64,000 bases of DNA from positions 37,510,001 through 37,574,000 of the forward strand of contig NC_047017.1 of the NCBI RefSeq assembly GCF_902652985.1, in the 5' to 3' direction. The translations under genes were made by a program, and so were the position numbers. Of this stretch, positions 31,741 to 56,194 are shown one piece after another; position 1 is the stretch's first letter, and the number at the start of each line of letters is the position of its first letter. The notes beneath the pieces are model-generated. The model saw nothing but the letters and a program-made list of their open reading frames with translations, had not been told where the DNA came from and did not search any database. Source of the DNA: Pecten maximus. Lineage: Eukaryota.

Positions 31741-32045
31741 TACGAGGGCTGATTGATAAGTTATCAGCCTCGTATTGAAGGAGGTTCTCAAGGATGTTAT
31801 TTTTAAGTCCTACTATTATTTGACTACCGGGTATATAGGACAGTGTTCCCAAGGACTGGTCTCATTTGGTTAGTTTATATCATCGAGGTAGCACTCTAAA
31901 AAGTAAACAAGACAAGTGGCTTTGCAATATGGACAAACTCAGTTAGGGTGAAAGAGTCTGTCATTGCTATGGCTGCCATTCACGATTGTGGCTTTAAATT
32001 GATTGAGTATCTACCTTATTCACCTGATCTTGCTCCATCAGACTT
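31741..32045 (+). mobile_element. Mariner transposon remnant
   Basis: Starts TACGAGGG. 32008-32043 encodes YLPYSPDLAPSD, the mariner transposase signature. Confidence 0.85.
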
Positions 32046-32890
32046 ACCATCTTATAAGTCATGACACATTCTTATAAGGCATAACACCATAATGATCTTA
32101 CAAGTCATAACACCATCATACAAGTCATTACACCTTGTAAGTAATAACACCATCTTTTAAGTCATAACACCATCTTATAAATCATTACACATTCTTATTT
32201 GTCATAATACCATCTTATAAGTCATGACACATTCTTATAAGTCATAACACCATCTTATAAATCATAACACATTCTTATTAGTCATAATACCATCTTATAA
32301 ATCATAACACATTCTTATTAGTCATAATATCATCTTATAAGTCATGACACCTTATAAGTCATGACACCTTATAAGTCATGACACATTCTTATAAGTCATA
32401 ACACCATCTTATAAATCATAACACCATCTTACAAGTCATAGCACCTTATTTGTCATAACACCTTCTTATAAGTCATGATCATAACACCTTATAAGTCAGA
32501 ACACCTTCTAATAAGTCATAACACCATCTTGAAGTCATAAACCTTCTTATAAGTCATGACACCTTATAAGTCAGAACACCTTCTAATAAGTCATAACACC
32601 TTCTAATAAGTCATAACACCATCTTGAAGTCATAATACCATCTTATAAGTCATGACACCTTATAAGTCATGACACCTTATAAGTCATGACACATTCTTAT
32701 AAGTCATAACACCATCTTATAAATCATAACACCATCTTACAAGTCATAGCACCTTATTTGTCATAACACCTTATAAGTCATAACACCTTATAAGTCAGAA
32801 CGCCTTCTAATAAGTCATAACACCATCTTGAAGTCATAAACCTTCTTATAAGTCATAATAGCATCTAATACAGTAAATCATAACACCTTA
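32046..32890. repeat. 17-20-bp minisatellite (ttataagtcataacaccatc)
   Basis: Periodicity directly visible. Confidence 0.93.
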
Positions 32891-33147
32891 TATTTACTGT
32901 TCCATGTCATACAATATAGACATTGCACCACCTTACATTGTTATCTGATATATTTCAAGTAACATCATCATATACTGTCTTGTGTCATTACAAGACATAA
33001 CCCCATCTTATATTGATCCTTTATAAGACAGGACACTATTATAGTTCATATGTACCTTTAATTAAAAAGTAATATATTAAGCTCTTTATTTGAGGACCCG
33101 ATTGGAAATAATTATAAGCTTTCTTGGCTTAATTTTATAGCTGCTGT

Positions 33148-34491
33148 CAGAGACATATATACAGAGAGATTAGTAACATCGCTATTTCCCCGTACACGTA
33201 GTGGCTCCCTTTATTCGTGACCACTCTAGCATATCCCTTATCGAGAGCGTCCTGTCTCCTATCAAACACATGCGAGCGCAGGTAAATCGGGCTTTGCGTA
33301 TGTGTGTATCGTAGTATTGGAACTTATTCGACATGTTCTGGTTAATCCGCCATTACGTCAGACCAAAACATCATCATTTTAAATACACACAGAAAGCACA
33401 TCGTTTTATTTTTGCCACTACAAAAGTTACCACATTAACCAAAAACTATCAAACTTATGGGATATAGTCTTATTGATCATGCATATTGTTGTCATTTATC
33501 CGTATTTTCGAAAATCCATTGAGTCCTATTCGACATGTCCAAGTTTGTAATTAAGCCGCCATTACGTCAGACCAAAACATCGTCAATTTTAAACGCACAC
33601 AAAAAGCACATCGTTTTATTTAGGCCACTACAAAAGTTACCACATTAACCAACAACTTTCAAACTTATGGGATATAGTCTTATTGATCATGCATATTGTT
33701 GTCATTTATCCGTATTTTCGAAAATCCATTGGGTCCTATTCGACATGTCCAAGTTTGTAATTAAGCCGCCATTACGTCAGACCAAAACATCGTCAATTTT
33801 AAACGCACACAAAAATCACATCGTTTTATTTTGGCCACTACAAAAGTTACCACATTAACCAAAAACTATCGAAGTTATGGGATATAGTCTTATTGATCAT
33901 GCATATTGTTGTCATTTATCCGTATTTTCTAAAATCCATTGGGTCTTATCGACATGTCCAAGTTTTGTAATTAAGCAGCCATTACGTCCGACCAAAACGT
34001 CGTCAATTTTAAACGCACACAAAAAGCACATTGTTTTATCTAGGCCACTACAAAAGTTACCACATTAACCAAAAACTATCATACTTATGGAATGTGGTCT
34101 TGATTATCATGCACATTGTTGTCATTTATCCGTATTCTCGAAAACCCCATAGGGACTTTTCGAAAATTGGAGATTCCCGCCGATCTTTCCTGCGTTGTGC
34201 TTGACTTTCATACTCAAAATACAAACACTTGGACAGCAAATTGTGATATATTTCATATTGATGACACTTCTGCACTTTGATATTAATAAAATTAAAGCAC
34301 ATAATTGGATCTTGGTGATGATTTCAAATAGAAATTATCGATAATTATGTGTCTGGTTTTCAAGTTTTCTCCAATATGGCGTCTGGTGAAGACTGAACTG
34401 AGCGACCGCAAAGGATTGTGGGAAGGTCAGGGGCCACTATGTAAACACAAGGGCAAATAGAGAGCTGCCAATCTCTGTATATATGTCTCTG
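33148..34491. mobile_element. Non-autonomous P-element-like DNA transposon with an internal 210-bp tandem array
   Basis: TIR CAGAGACATATATACAGAGA / TCTCTGTATATATGTCTCTG. 7-bp TSD ctgctgt (33141-47, 34492-98). Units at 33457, 33667, 33877 and 34087. Confidence 0.85.
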
Positions 34492-35399
34492 CTGCTGTGT
34501 ATACATTGTTTACCATGTATGGTGCCTTAAACTTTGTGTTATACTGTGATAATTTTTAACTCAAATACTGGTGATATATATATAATGTATTTAATTAATA
34601 TGTGATCTATGTATTTGTAACATGCTATTACCTGATGTATGAATAAATAGAATTATTTTAGTGAAAATCAGCCATAAACCTTATTTAACTTTACAATTGT
34701 ATTAGGCCTTTACATGTTCTTTGAAACTGTGATGTATGTTTTGATTGTGATTATGTTTTGTTGAATTGGGTTTATAGTTTGATAACTCATGATCATATCA
34801 TGCAGGTCATTCAATCGACAGTTACAGAAAATTCATAAATTCATCAACAACCCATCGTCCTGTCTAAGTTTCGTTATTAATAGTCTACCACTCAGGAAGA
34901 ACATGGAAAACCAACACCAAGCATTACAAGAACTATGAAACAGCAGCAAATCTAAACAGAATCATTGTACCATTGCAGGATATAACCCCACTTGACGATA
35001 TAGTGTCTTGAACGTAGAAAGAGTAGAGGGATTCAGATCAGCCCTTGCAGAAACCCACTAAGATATGTCTCTCTCTCCCGTCATGTTATGTCATTCTTGG
35101 TACCTACGACGTATCCAATGTAAATGTAAAGGAGACTTATTTTTAGAACTGACTCAGATGACCCAATCCATGAAAATTGTAAATTAAATCAATCACCGCA
35201 GGAAGGGAGATAATTCAATGTGTTTAAAAACTAGCTGTTCACAAAATGACACTTGGAAAATAAAGCCTAAAAGACAAAAAGAAAGTAAGTAAATTCAACA
35301 AAAATGTGAGCAAAAACTCCATACACTTGTCAATACTGATTATTTCTTGAACCACAAGTCCTCTTCGATTATTTGCTAGTCCACAGTAGAATTATACTC

Positions 35400-35520
35400 A
35401 ATCTCCCTGCCATACACTCCTCTGTCAGATGATAGCCTAGCTCCGTGTTATTTCCGGAAATTGTCCAAGGGAGACAATTCTGGCGAGTGCGCATGCCTGC
35501 TGTTCTGTTCCGGTTACAAA
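35400..35520. promoter_or_regulatory. Compact bidirectional promoter for MEA1 and PSMC1
   Basis: tttccggaaa palindrome (35451-60, ETS-like), tgcgcatgc (35488-96, NRF1-like) and ttccgg (35508) lie directly upstream of the PSMC1 ATG. Confidence 0.6.
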
Positions 35521-47483
<11,963 letters not shown>

Positions 47484-47739
47484 TGTCTGTTCACAGTAGT
47501 GTCATGCTGGTAATAGTCACCATTCCTAGGACCAGCACAACCAAGTCATGGACTTTCTGATATTTGTAGTGCTAAGTTTAAATTATCAGGTGGAAACTTG
47601 TTCTGGAAAAAAAAAAGGATTCTATGTGTGAAAATCATCTAACATGAAAGGAAGTATGTGTGAAAGTTATTTGTATGATGAATAAAAACTTTGTTGTCAA
47701 CAAATTAGGTGTTGTTTTAATAGAATATTATCTTCCCAT

Positions 47740-49440
47740 CTAGCTGTCTGTCTGGGGATATATAAAGTGGTCTAGAGACCTGATATTGGGTCTGTAGTAT
47801 CCTGGGGTGAATGACCTTGACCTACATGCAAGGTCACATGGGTAAAATATGCTTAAATCTTTAAATGACGACTTCTGAATAACCAAGAGGCCCAGGGACC
47901 TGATACAAAACATGTAGTATTCTTGGTTGACGGGCCATAAAGTTTGTTCAAATGATGACCTTGACCTACATGCAAAGTCACATGCGTCAATATGCTTAAA
48001 TCTTAAAAGACTTCTAAATAACCAAGAGGCCCAGAGACCTGACAATAAACATGTAGAATACTGGGTTGAGGGGCCATAAAGTTTGTTCAAATGAATGACC
48101 TTGACCTACATGCAAGGTCACATGGGTAAAATATACTTAAATCTTTAAATGACATCTGAATAACGAAGAGGCCCAGGGACCTGAAACAAAACAAGTAGTA
48201 TTCTTGGTTGACGGGCCATAAAGTTTGTTCAAATGAATGACCTTGACCTACATGCAAAGTCACATGCGTCAATATGCTTAAATCTTAAAAGACTTCTAAA
48301 TAACCAAGAGGCCCAGAGACCTGACAATAAACATGTAGAATACTGGGTTGACGGGCCATAAAGTTTGTTCAAATGAATGACCTTGACCTACATGCAAGGT
48401 CACATTGGTAAAATATGCTTAAATCTTTAAATAACGACATCTGAATAACGAAGAGGCCCAGGGACCTGAAACAAAACAAGTAGTATTCTTGGTTGACGGG
48501 CCATAAAGTTTGTTCAAATGAATGACCTTGACCTACATGCAAAGTCACATGCCTCAATATGCTTAAATCTTAAAAGACTTCTAAATAACCAAGAGGCCCA
48601 GAGACCTGACAATAAACATGTAGAATACTGGGTTGAGGGGCCATAAAGTTTGTTCAAATGAATGACCTTGACCTACATGCAAGGTCACATGGTTAAAATA
48701 TGCTTAAATCTTTAAATGACATCTAAATAACGAAGAGGCCCAGGGACCTGAAACAAAACAAGTAGTATTCTTGGTTGACGGGCCATAAAGTTTGTTCAAA
48801 TGAATGACCTACATGCAAAGTCACATGCGTCAATATGCTTAAATCTTAAAAGACTTCTAAATAACCAAGAGGCCCAGAGACCTGACAATAAACATGTAGA
48901 ATACTGGGTTGACGTGCCATAAAGTTTGTTCAAATGAATGACCTTGACCTACATGCAAGGTCACATGGTTAAAATATGCTTAAATCTTTAAATGACATCT
49001 GAATAACGAAGAGGCCCAGGGACCTGAAACAAAACAAGTAGTATTCTTGGTTGACGGGCCATAAAGTTTGTTCAAATGAATGACCTTGACCTACATGCAA
49101 AGTCACATGCGTCAATATGCTTAAATCTTAAAAGACTTCTAAATAACCAAGAGGCCCAGAGACCTGACAATAAACATGTAGAATACTGGGTTGACGTGCC
49201 ATAAAGTTTGTTCAAATGAATGACCTTGACCTACATGCAAGGCCACAGGAGTCAATTATGCTAAAATATTAAGGACTCCTGCTATACAAGAGGCTCAATG
49301 ACCTCATTAGTCTCATAGGTCTACAAAATTAGTCTAAATGAATAAAACTAGCCTACTGAATCAGGTTAACATTTGCATAAGACTTTGATCGACTTCAAAC
49401 TTTCATTAGATATAGGTGATCGATACAGGCCCATTTGTCA
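47740..49440 (+). repeat. ~140-bp tandem array in alternating A/B dimers (~281 bp), probably inside a Helitron/Helentron-like element
   Basis: Unit contains atgaccttgacctacatgcaaggtcacatg. Variants cccagggacctgaaac and cccagagacctgacaa alternate. Ends in aggtgatcgatacaggccc. Confidence 0.9.
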
Positions 49441-49578
49441 CTTAGACACATGTGTTAAAAAATCACAAATCAGCAAAGTTCACAATTACACCGAACATAA
49501 ATATAATTCCACTTAAAGTAATCTTTAATCTATTTACTTTTATAGTTTTACTCAGACCTTTCTGGGCTCTGAGTCAGT

Positions 49579-49661
49579 CTACTATATTTGGTAGCGATGT
49601 GAACCATGGTTTTGGTACTACTATATTTGGTAGCGATGTGAACCATGGTTTTGGTACTACT
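49579..49661. repeat. Exact ~39-bp tandem duplication
   Basis: ctactatatttggtagcgatgtgaaccatggttttggta occurs twice. Confidence 0.9.
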
Positions 49662-50089
49662 TTCATGTAGTATGTTATAGCGCCGATTTCTAAGGTTTTG
49701 GAGTCGGACTTTGCGTGTCCTATCTTTTACTAGTGACATCACGTATATGGCTGTTTAAAACATTGGCAGTTTCAACGTAGTTCGAAGCAACGTCTCCATC
49801 TGATGTTGTAATTTCGTTTGGTCGTTAATGGAGTCTCTCGCGCTTCTAAAGAAAATGATACGCGCAACCTCAATGCAGTAAAACCTACTGGTTAAAACCG
49901 TCAAATGAACGTCATTTGCTCCATGGCCGGTGTGACCAAGCAAATCCAATGGCCATTATGAATGGAGGCCATCCTCTCGTGAAGGCTCTGAACAAAGTTA
50001 TTGACGTCAGATGTTCGTCCGCCATGGTAATGTTAGTCGCGCTAGTGTCTGGGCCGGTACGGTTCCGATTTATTTTTGTCCTGATAATG

Positions 50090-50835
50090 CTGCCGAATGA
50101 TAATCCATCCCGTCAAGATTCTGCAGCGCCCTCGTGATTCCGCCGAATGAGCGTCTATCCCGTCAAGATTCTGCAGCGCCCTCGTGATTCCACTGAATGA
50201 TCGTCTATTCCGTCAAGATTCTGCAGCGTCCTCGTGATTCCGCCGAATGATAATCCGTCCGGTCAATATTCTGCAGCGTCCTCGTGATTCCGCCGAATTA
50301 TCGTCCATCCCTTCAAAATTCTACAGCGCCGTCGTGATTCCGCCGAATGATAATCCATCCCGTCAAGATTCTGCAGTGCCCTCGAGATTCCGCCGAATGA
50401 TATATTTATAATCCACCCCGTCAAGATTCTGCAGCGCCCTCATGATTCTGCCGAATGATCGTCTATTCCGTCAAGATTCTGCAGCGTCCTCGTGATTCCG
50501 CCGAATGATAATCCATCCCGTCAAGATTCTACAGCGTCCTCGTGATTCCGCCGAATGATAATCCATCCCGTCAAGATTCTGCAGTGCCCTCGAGATTCCG
50601 CCGAATGATATTCTGCAGTGCCCTCGTGATTCCGCCGAATGATAATCCATCCCGTCAAGATTCTACAGCGTCCTCGTGATTCCGCCGAATGATAATCCAT
50701 CCCGTCAAGATTCTGCAGTGCCCTCGAGATTCCGCCGAATGATATTCTGCAGTGCCCTCGTGATTCCGCCGAATGATAATCCATCCCGTCAAGATTCTAC
50801 AGCGTCCTCGTGATTCCGCCGAATGATCGTCCATG
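50090..50835. repeat. GC-rich 50-bp tandem repeat (ccatcccgtcaagattctgcagcgccctcgtgattccgccgaatgataat)
   Basis: About 15 units, some shortened; lies in a CpG-rich tract 49670-52030 that is probably TE-derived. Confidence 0.93.
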
Positions 50836-53800
50836 CCGTTACGATTGCCCTCATTATTCAACCTAGTGATTAATCATCCCCTGATGGCTGTAATAGTTTG
50901 CGGAATGGTCGTTAGTATTTTGTGATTTCGTTCAGTGTTCGAGTTGGTCGTTCATCTTGTTAGGACCACAATGATTGTTCGTCCTCTCTGTCACAAGTCT
51001 CCTTTCCGAGATGATTGCGATAAATTGTCAATTTTATCATGATTTTACCGTCTCGGCGTTGATACTGGTGCCAATGGTCAGCTCTGCTGTGATATAATTC
51101 GTCTATCCCGCTTTACGTGTCCCGATTGATCTTGACCGACGTTAATCCGTCATGAACTTGAAAAGAGACCATAATTTCCATCATATTTCCGTGGATGCCA
51201 AAGGAAAATGTCGAGTAAATCCGCCGAATTTGGGAAAGTGTCTAGAATCGCTCTTTTGATCGAACTCGTTAACGGTTAACGCCGTAATTAACTGTATGGA
51301 ATGGTGCTTACTGCTTAGTCTTTATCCTCGTCAAATTCGTCAAGTGACCGCCATCCCGTGATCGCTGTGGCGGTGTGAATCCATCATGGATCCTAAGTGA
51401 GCTAGCGTTACGTCAACGATCTCTCCAGCGTGTATTGCTGTCCCGTTTGTGCAAGGACTCTCTAGTTCCATCATTTGTCGCTGAGTGAGCGTTCATTGCA
51501 TCATGACTACAATCTGAAGAAAACATACAACGAATAATACGAGAATATCGAAGTGTAAATGAAGCATAAACATAATCCATGTTCGATAAAACGATGGCAG
51601 AATATCAACAAAGTGTGTAATTGCATGGATGTCATTGAAACTGAATGTAAAGGAGAATAGGACCATATGTTCCAGATGTGTAAGCGTCTTCTGCTTAATG
51701 GGTCACCATCAACACTCGTTTTGGTCGTTGTCAAGTCTATTCATACTGATGGTTGATTCTGTCACAAATGCTGTATCACGTCTTCGCAGATATGGTCTTC
51801 CAGTCGCGTAATCACCAGATCCGGTATACCATTCACATATCTATTTTAGATTATGTTAAGCTGTTAATGCCGTGATCGTACAAGGACAGGCGTGATCCGC
51901 CCTTCTTGACTTCACGGTAATAATTCCAATGTGGACTTAAAATGTCCAGGTCACGTTTTCCATTGTGTACTACCGGTCTGTGCGGATGTTTCAAAGAAGC
52001 CTGAAAGTCAAAAGACCATCTGCGCGTCGGGTATTTTCATAAGAATTTAAACGCAAAGTATAATGTTTGATGTATCGAAGATATAATAGCTTACCATATC
52101 ATAAATAAAAATTAAATATCTTACATGAAAAACACTGATGTGTAGTGTGACTACTGAACCGCTACATCTATTGTAGTTCTCCAAAAGGAGGTGCGGTGGA
52201 CTACCTGGGTCGATTTAACTTAGAATGTCAAAATAAAGGCTACTTTCAATTTCACAGTAACATTCTATATTGAAGCAAACGGAGGAAGGTAATTTGTATA
52301 ATATTTTACCTCGTGTGGTTTCCTCTTTCGAGTGAGGTAAATACCTGGATAGTGACATAATATCACAGGTAGATTTTAGTACTGATGTAATCATTGACGT
52401 CAAAGAAAGATATTTTTAATATATATATATTACTACATAGCACTACATCACCAAAACTACAGAGAAAACAAAAGGACGGCCCTTTAAAATGGCAGGTGCT
52501 ATAGAAGGCTATGTACATGTAATTGTTAACTGCCGCTGTGATCGGCTTTACGTAAATAAAAACATGTGTTGGTTGGGAAGCAGACAGATCTACCTAATAC
52601 CCGATTATACAGTTATTTGACGGGGCTTTAATTCGTCATACCAAAATGTTAGTGACACACAACCTCACCTAATATCGCAACAATAACGTGATCTATTTAG
52701 CGATTTATGTACTGTTTTATAGACCCCCAACACACCCTCGGAGTTCTACCGCGTTCTTCTAGAGTAAAACCACAAAAGGTACCCGTACGTGCCACATTTA
52801 ACCAACTAACGAGAGGTATAGTATACGGAAATTCTTGGATATTAAGTTCGGGAAGACTGGCTGTGATCTGGTGTATCTACATTATGAGTAAGTTATCCGA
52901 GTCCATTTATATATCATTTCCGAAGGAAAAAAATTGTGGTCGAACCATTCTTCCATTGCGATAGTGAGTCCAAAGATAGGTAATTTTACTAGTAATCCAA
53001 GTGTTATTTATGAGGTTTTTTTTTTACATCTTTCGTTAATGTGTTAAGTGCGTATTTTAATATACATAGTTCGATACTATCATTACGGTAATATACCGAT
53101 TGAAGTAGTTCTACTTAGTTAGATTGTATATGTTTTGTGGATCATTTTGTATTCGTCATTCTTACTAAACCTGTCTATTTACCTGTTTATTGATAAACAT
53201 TTCTATGCATTTCATTGTTATTTGGCCTACATCACAGATGAGTAATCAAATATTAAAATTAATATCCCACATACGGACTGGTACAAGAACAGCGGGTCTC
53301 GTCATAGGTAGTCATTTAATAGCATTCTTCTGGTTTTGTTTTGTTTTTTGTTTTGTATTTTTAGATTTTGAAGTCTGTTAATGTGATTTCCATTGATGAG
53401 CATTGGTATTTTATCTTTAAAGTGACCATCCCAAACATATTTTTAATTTGTAATTACCCTCCTTCATTGACATGACATCGTATAATTAGTTATTTACTGA
53501 ACTGTGTAGAATACAATCGATCTATATATAATACACGTGTATACTACATTGTTTTGGGAAGCAAATATCACCTAACAGATTATTTCCCTTTCGAACGTTG
53601 TTTCTGGAAGTAAATTGCAGGTAAGTCGTACGCACCCACGTGTCTCATTTGCATGTATTGTTCGGGTGGCGATATACTTGCAGTACGTGTGACATGTCGT
53701 CTGCTAATCCTTCGTCAGATCGCTAGCATGTGAGGTGTTGTAAACATGGAGACAGACATTTTAACCGATTTTCTTTCAGATTCTGGCACCCGCAGAGGAT

Positions 53801-53888
53801 TTTCTGTGATTTAAGTAAGAACTTGGAATTAATGTGTGGTGAATTCATGTGTTCAACGGTTCCATAGTGCCCCTCTAAGCATTACAAC

Positions 53889-53945
53889 ATGCCGTCCAAT
53901 TCTGACAGTGTGAAGGTGGCCGTTCGTGTCCGGCCATTCAATCAG
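53889..53945 (+). CDS. First coding exon of a kinesin-3 family motor (KIF28/KIF13/KIF16-like); gene continues beyond the window
   Basis: MPSNSDSVKVAVRVRPFNQ followed by a gtaatg donor. Acceptor at 53779 and an upstream donor gcag|gtaagt at 53620 indicate a 5' UTR intron. No further exon recognised. Confidence 0.85.
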
Positions 53946-56194
53946 GTAATGTATTGTTTTAGATTTATTACTGAAAATGTAAATAGTTTATGTATAATAA
54001 CGAAGACCATGTAGCGAAGTCCGTGACTATGTACACACGTTAGGGACTAATGGTGTCAGATATGACTACACGGGCGAGGTAGATGAGCAATTGTATCGGC
54101 AATCTGTACCTGTCTAAACACAGGTAACACGGGTAAAATAGCAGGGCATTCCATCACTCTATTGTTAACGTCACTCAACGAAATCAAAACAGATAAATAG
54201 AATATCGCTAAGGCTGTCGAAAGGTAGACAAACATCTAAACAATACACTATTGTTTGTTACTTACCGGCTAATTAAATAAATATGTTAAAATTCATTTAT
54301 TCCTAATAACACATATATGATTTCATTCCAACCCTTCCCCCTGATTTCTCTAGATCTTGACTTAACTTTGGTCACAGGTACCTTATCACGATTGAGCCAA
54401 ACATGTACACTAAAATATCAATTAACAAATCGTATACTTTACTGTTTCTCATTGATATCAGACAGAATTTAGTTTCAATTCATTGCAGTAACTTAAATTT
54501 GTGCTGAATGCATAATTCATGAAGCTAAATTAGGCACGGTTTAAACCACAGTTTTTACATTGAATTATGACTGTGAATTCATACATCCTTTTACCATGGT
54601 TTACAAATAATAAAAACTAACACTACCTAGCTGAAATTTGTAATTTTTATTACTAAAGCACATATATGTCATGAAATATTACTCAAATAGAATCGTAATA
54701 TTTCAGAAATATCTGAGTCTCCAAACAACCAGTGAAGTGGTTCAGACTCGTTTCAGATTATAAATCCCATATTTTGTATAAAATAAAACAGTTTTAGCAA
54801 CTGATGATATTACTGACAACCTTGTTTGAATTGGTCAGTTCTGAAGGTCTGTCCGGATGCATTAAGAATCAATATAGGGTAGCATTGCTTTTATTTACTT
54901 TGTTGGCATTTGTCAATAGAATTTGCATAAGGAATTATAAAAATCATCAAGGATAGCATTTATTTATTATTATTGACATTACTAGTATTAATTTAAATCT
55001 ATATATTATTTAATTTATTATTATTTATTTTGCTTTAGGGAGAGCAAGGTGCCCACACAATGGTCATTTTACTCCTTGATTATAACCACAGCCTTTTCTC
55101 TCATAAAAGGAATGTTTTTATGTGTGAACAATTGATTTTATGGTCAATAACTATTTATGACAGGCACACAGTCACTGTAGAGCCAGAGTGATAAGACACT
55201 CGCTTTTGTTTATAGGACCTTATTGAAGATCCCATTGTCAATAAAAAACACCCCCTAAAAGGTGATATGGGCAGTTAAATCAAAAGACCCTGGGTCTAAT
55301 GTGAGTGAATTCAATGGAAGATAAGGGCTTGAAAAATGGATTACCATTGGTCAGGAGATCAAAATCTTCCTGGTTGTGACATGAAAAGCATTCAGTACTT
55401 AGAACTGGACTTTGTGTGACAAGAGCCTTAGCTTTATGATAGGTTGACCTCTTTACCAGTCTAGAAATGTAGCCTTAACTTCATTGTATAACAATTTTAA
55501 AACAAATTATAAACTTATATTAATCACCTTTGTTGGCCTGGATGAAAACACAGGTGTTTGATTTTTCTGGAGAAATCCCACAGTCAGGAATGTGACCCCA
55601 TTCCTTTCCATTTGGGGAAATCACCCGCCATCCAACCATTCAGTAGGCATTAATTGATTCAAATTTAATACTTTGATCATCTAATTAACTTAATAAATTT
55701 ATCATTTAAGTTATTTGATATTAAGATAAAATGTCACTTTCTTGAGAGGGAATTTGACAACCTTTGTCTCGATGGACACAAATCTGCTGCTGTGAAAAGG
55801 AACATCATTTTTAGGTTTGTTAGGTTTCTGGATTTCTTGTTGGATTTAAATTTTGATTTCCTGTTTCCTTGTAATGCAAATCCTAATTTCTGGTCTCACT
55901 TGTTGATAAACACTATCAAATATCTTGTTGGGTGAAAATCTCAATTTTCTTTGGTATGCAAAATACTAAATTCTTTTCTTTTGTGAAAATACTTAATTCT
56001 TTTTTTTTTCTTCAGTGAAAATCCTAATTTCTAACTCAATAGGTCCAAATCCTATTTTTGCATTTGTTGTGAAGTGGACAAAATGGCTTAAACTCCTGTT
56101 TTCTCTTCTTATTGACCCCTTCATTTAAAAGGATCAATACAGCCAAGAATGGCATGCTCCAGCTTTTACATAACTCATTCTTTTTGAAGGACAC

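Noticed and set aside
33667-34068. Duplicated 63-aa ORFs
   Set aside because: They are 210-bp repeat units inside a MITE; the equivalent frame in the preceding unit has a stop.
47740-50861. Repetitive ORFs at 47740-48557 and 50521-50861
   Set aside because: Derived from tandem repeats; no recognisable domains.
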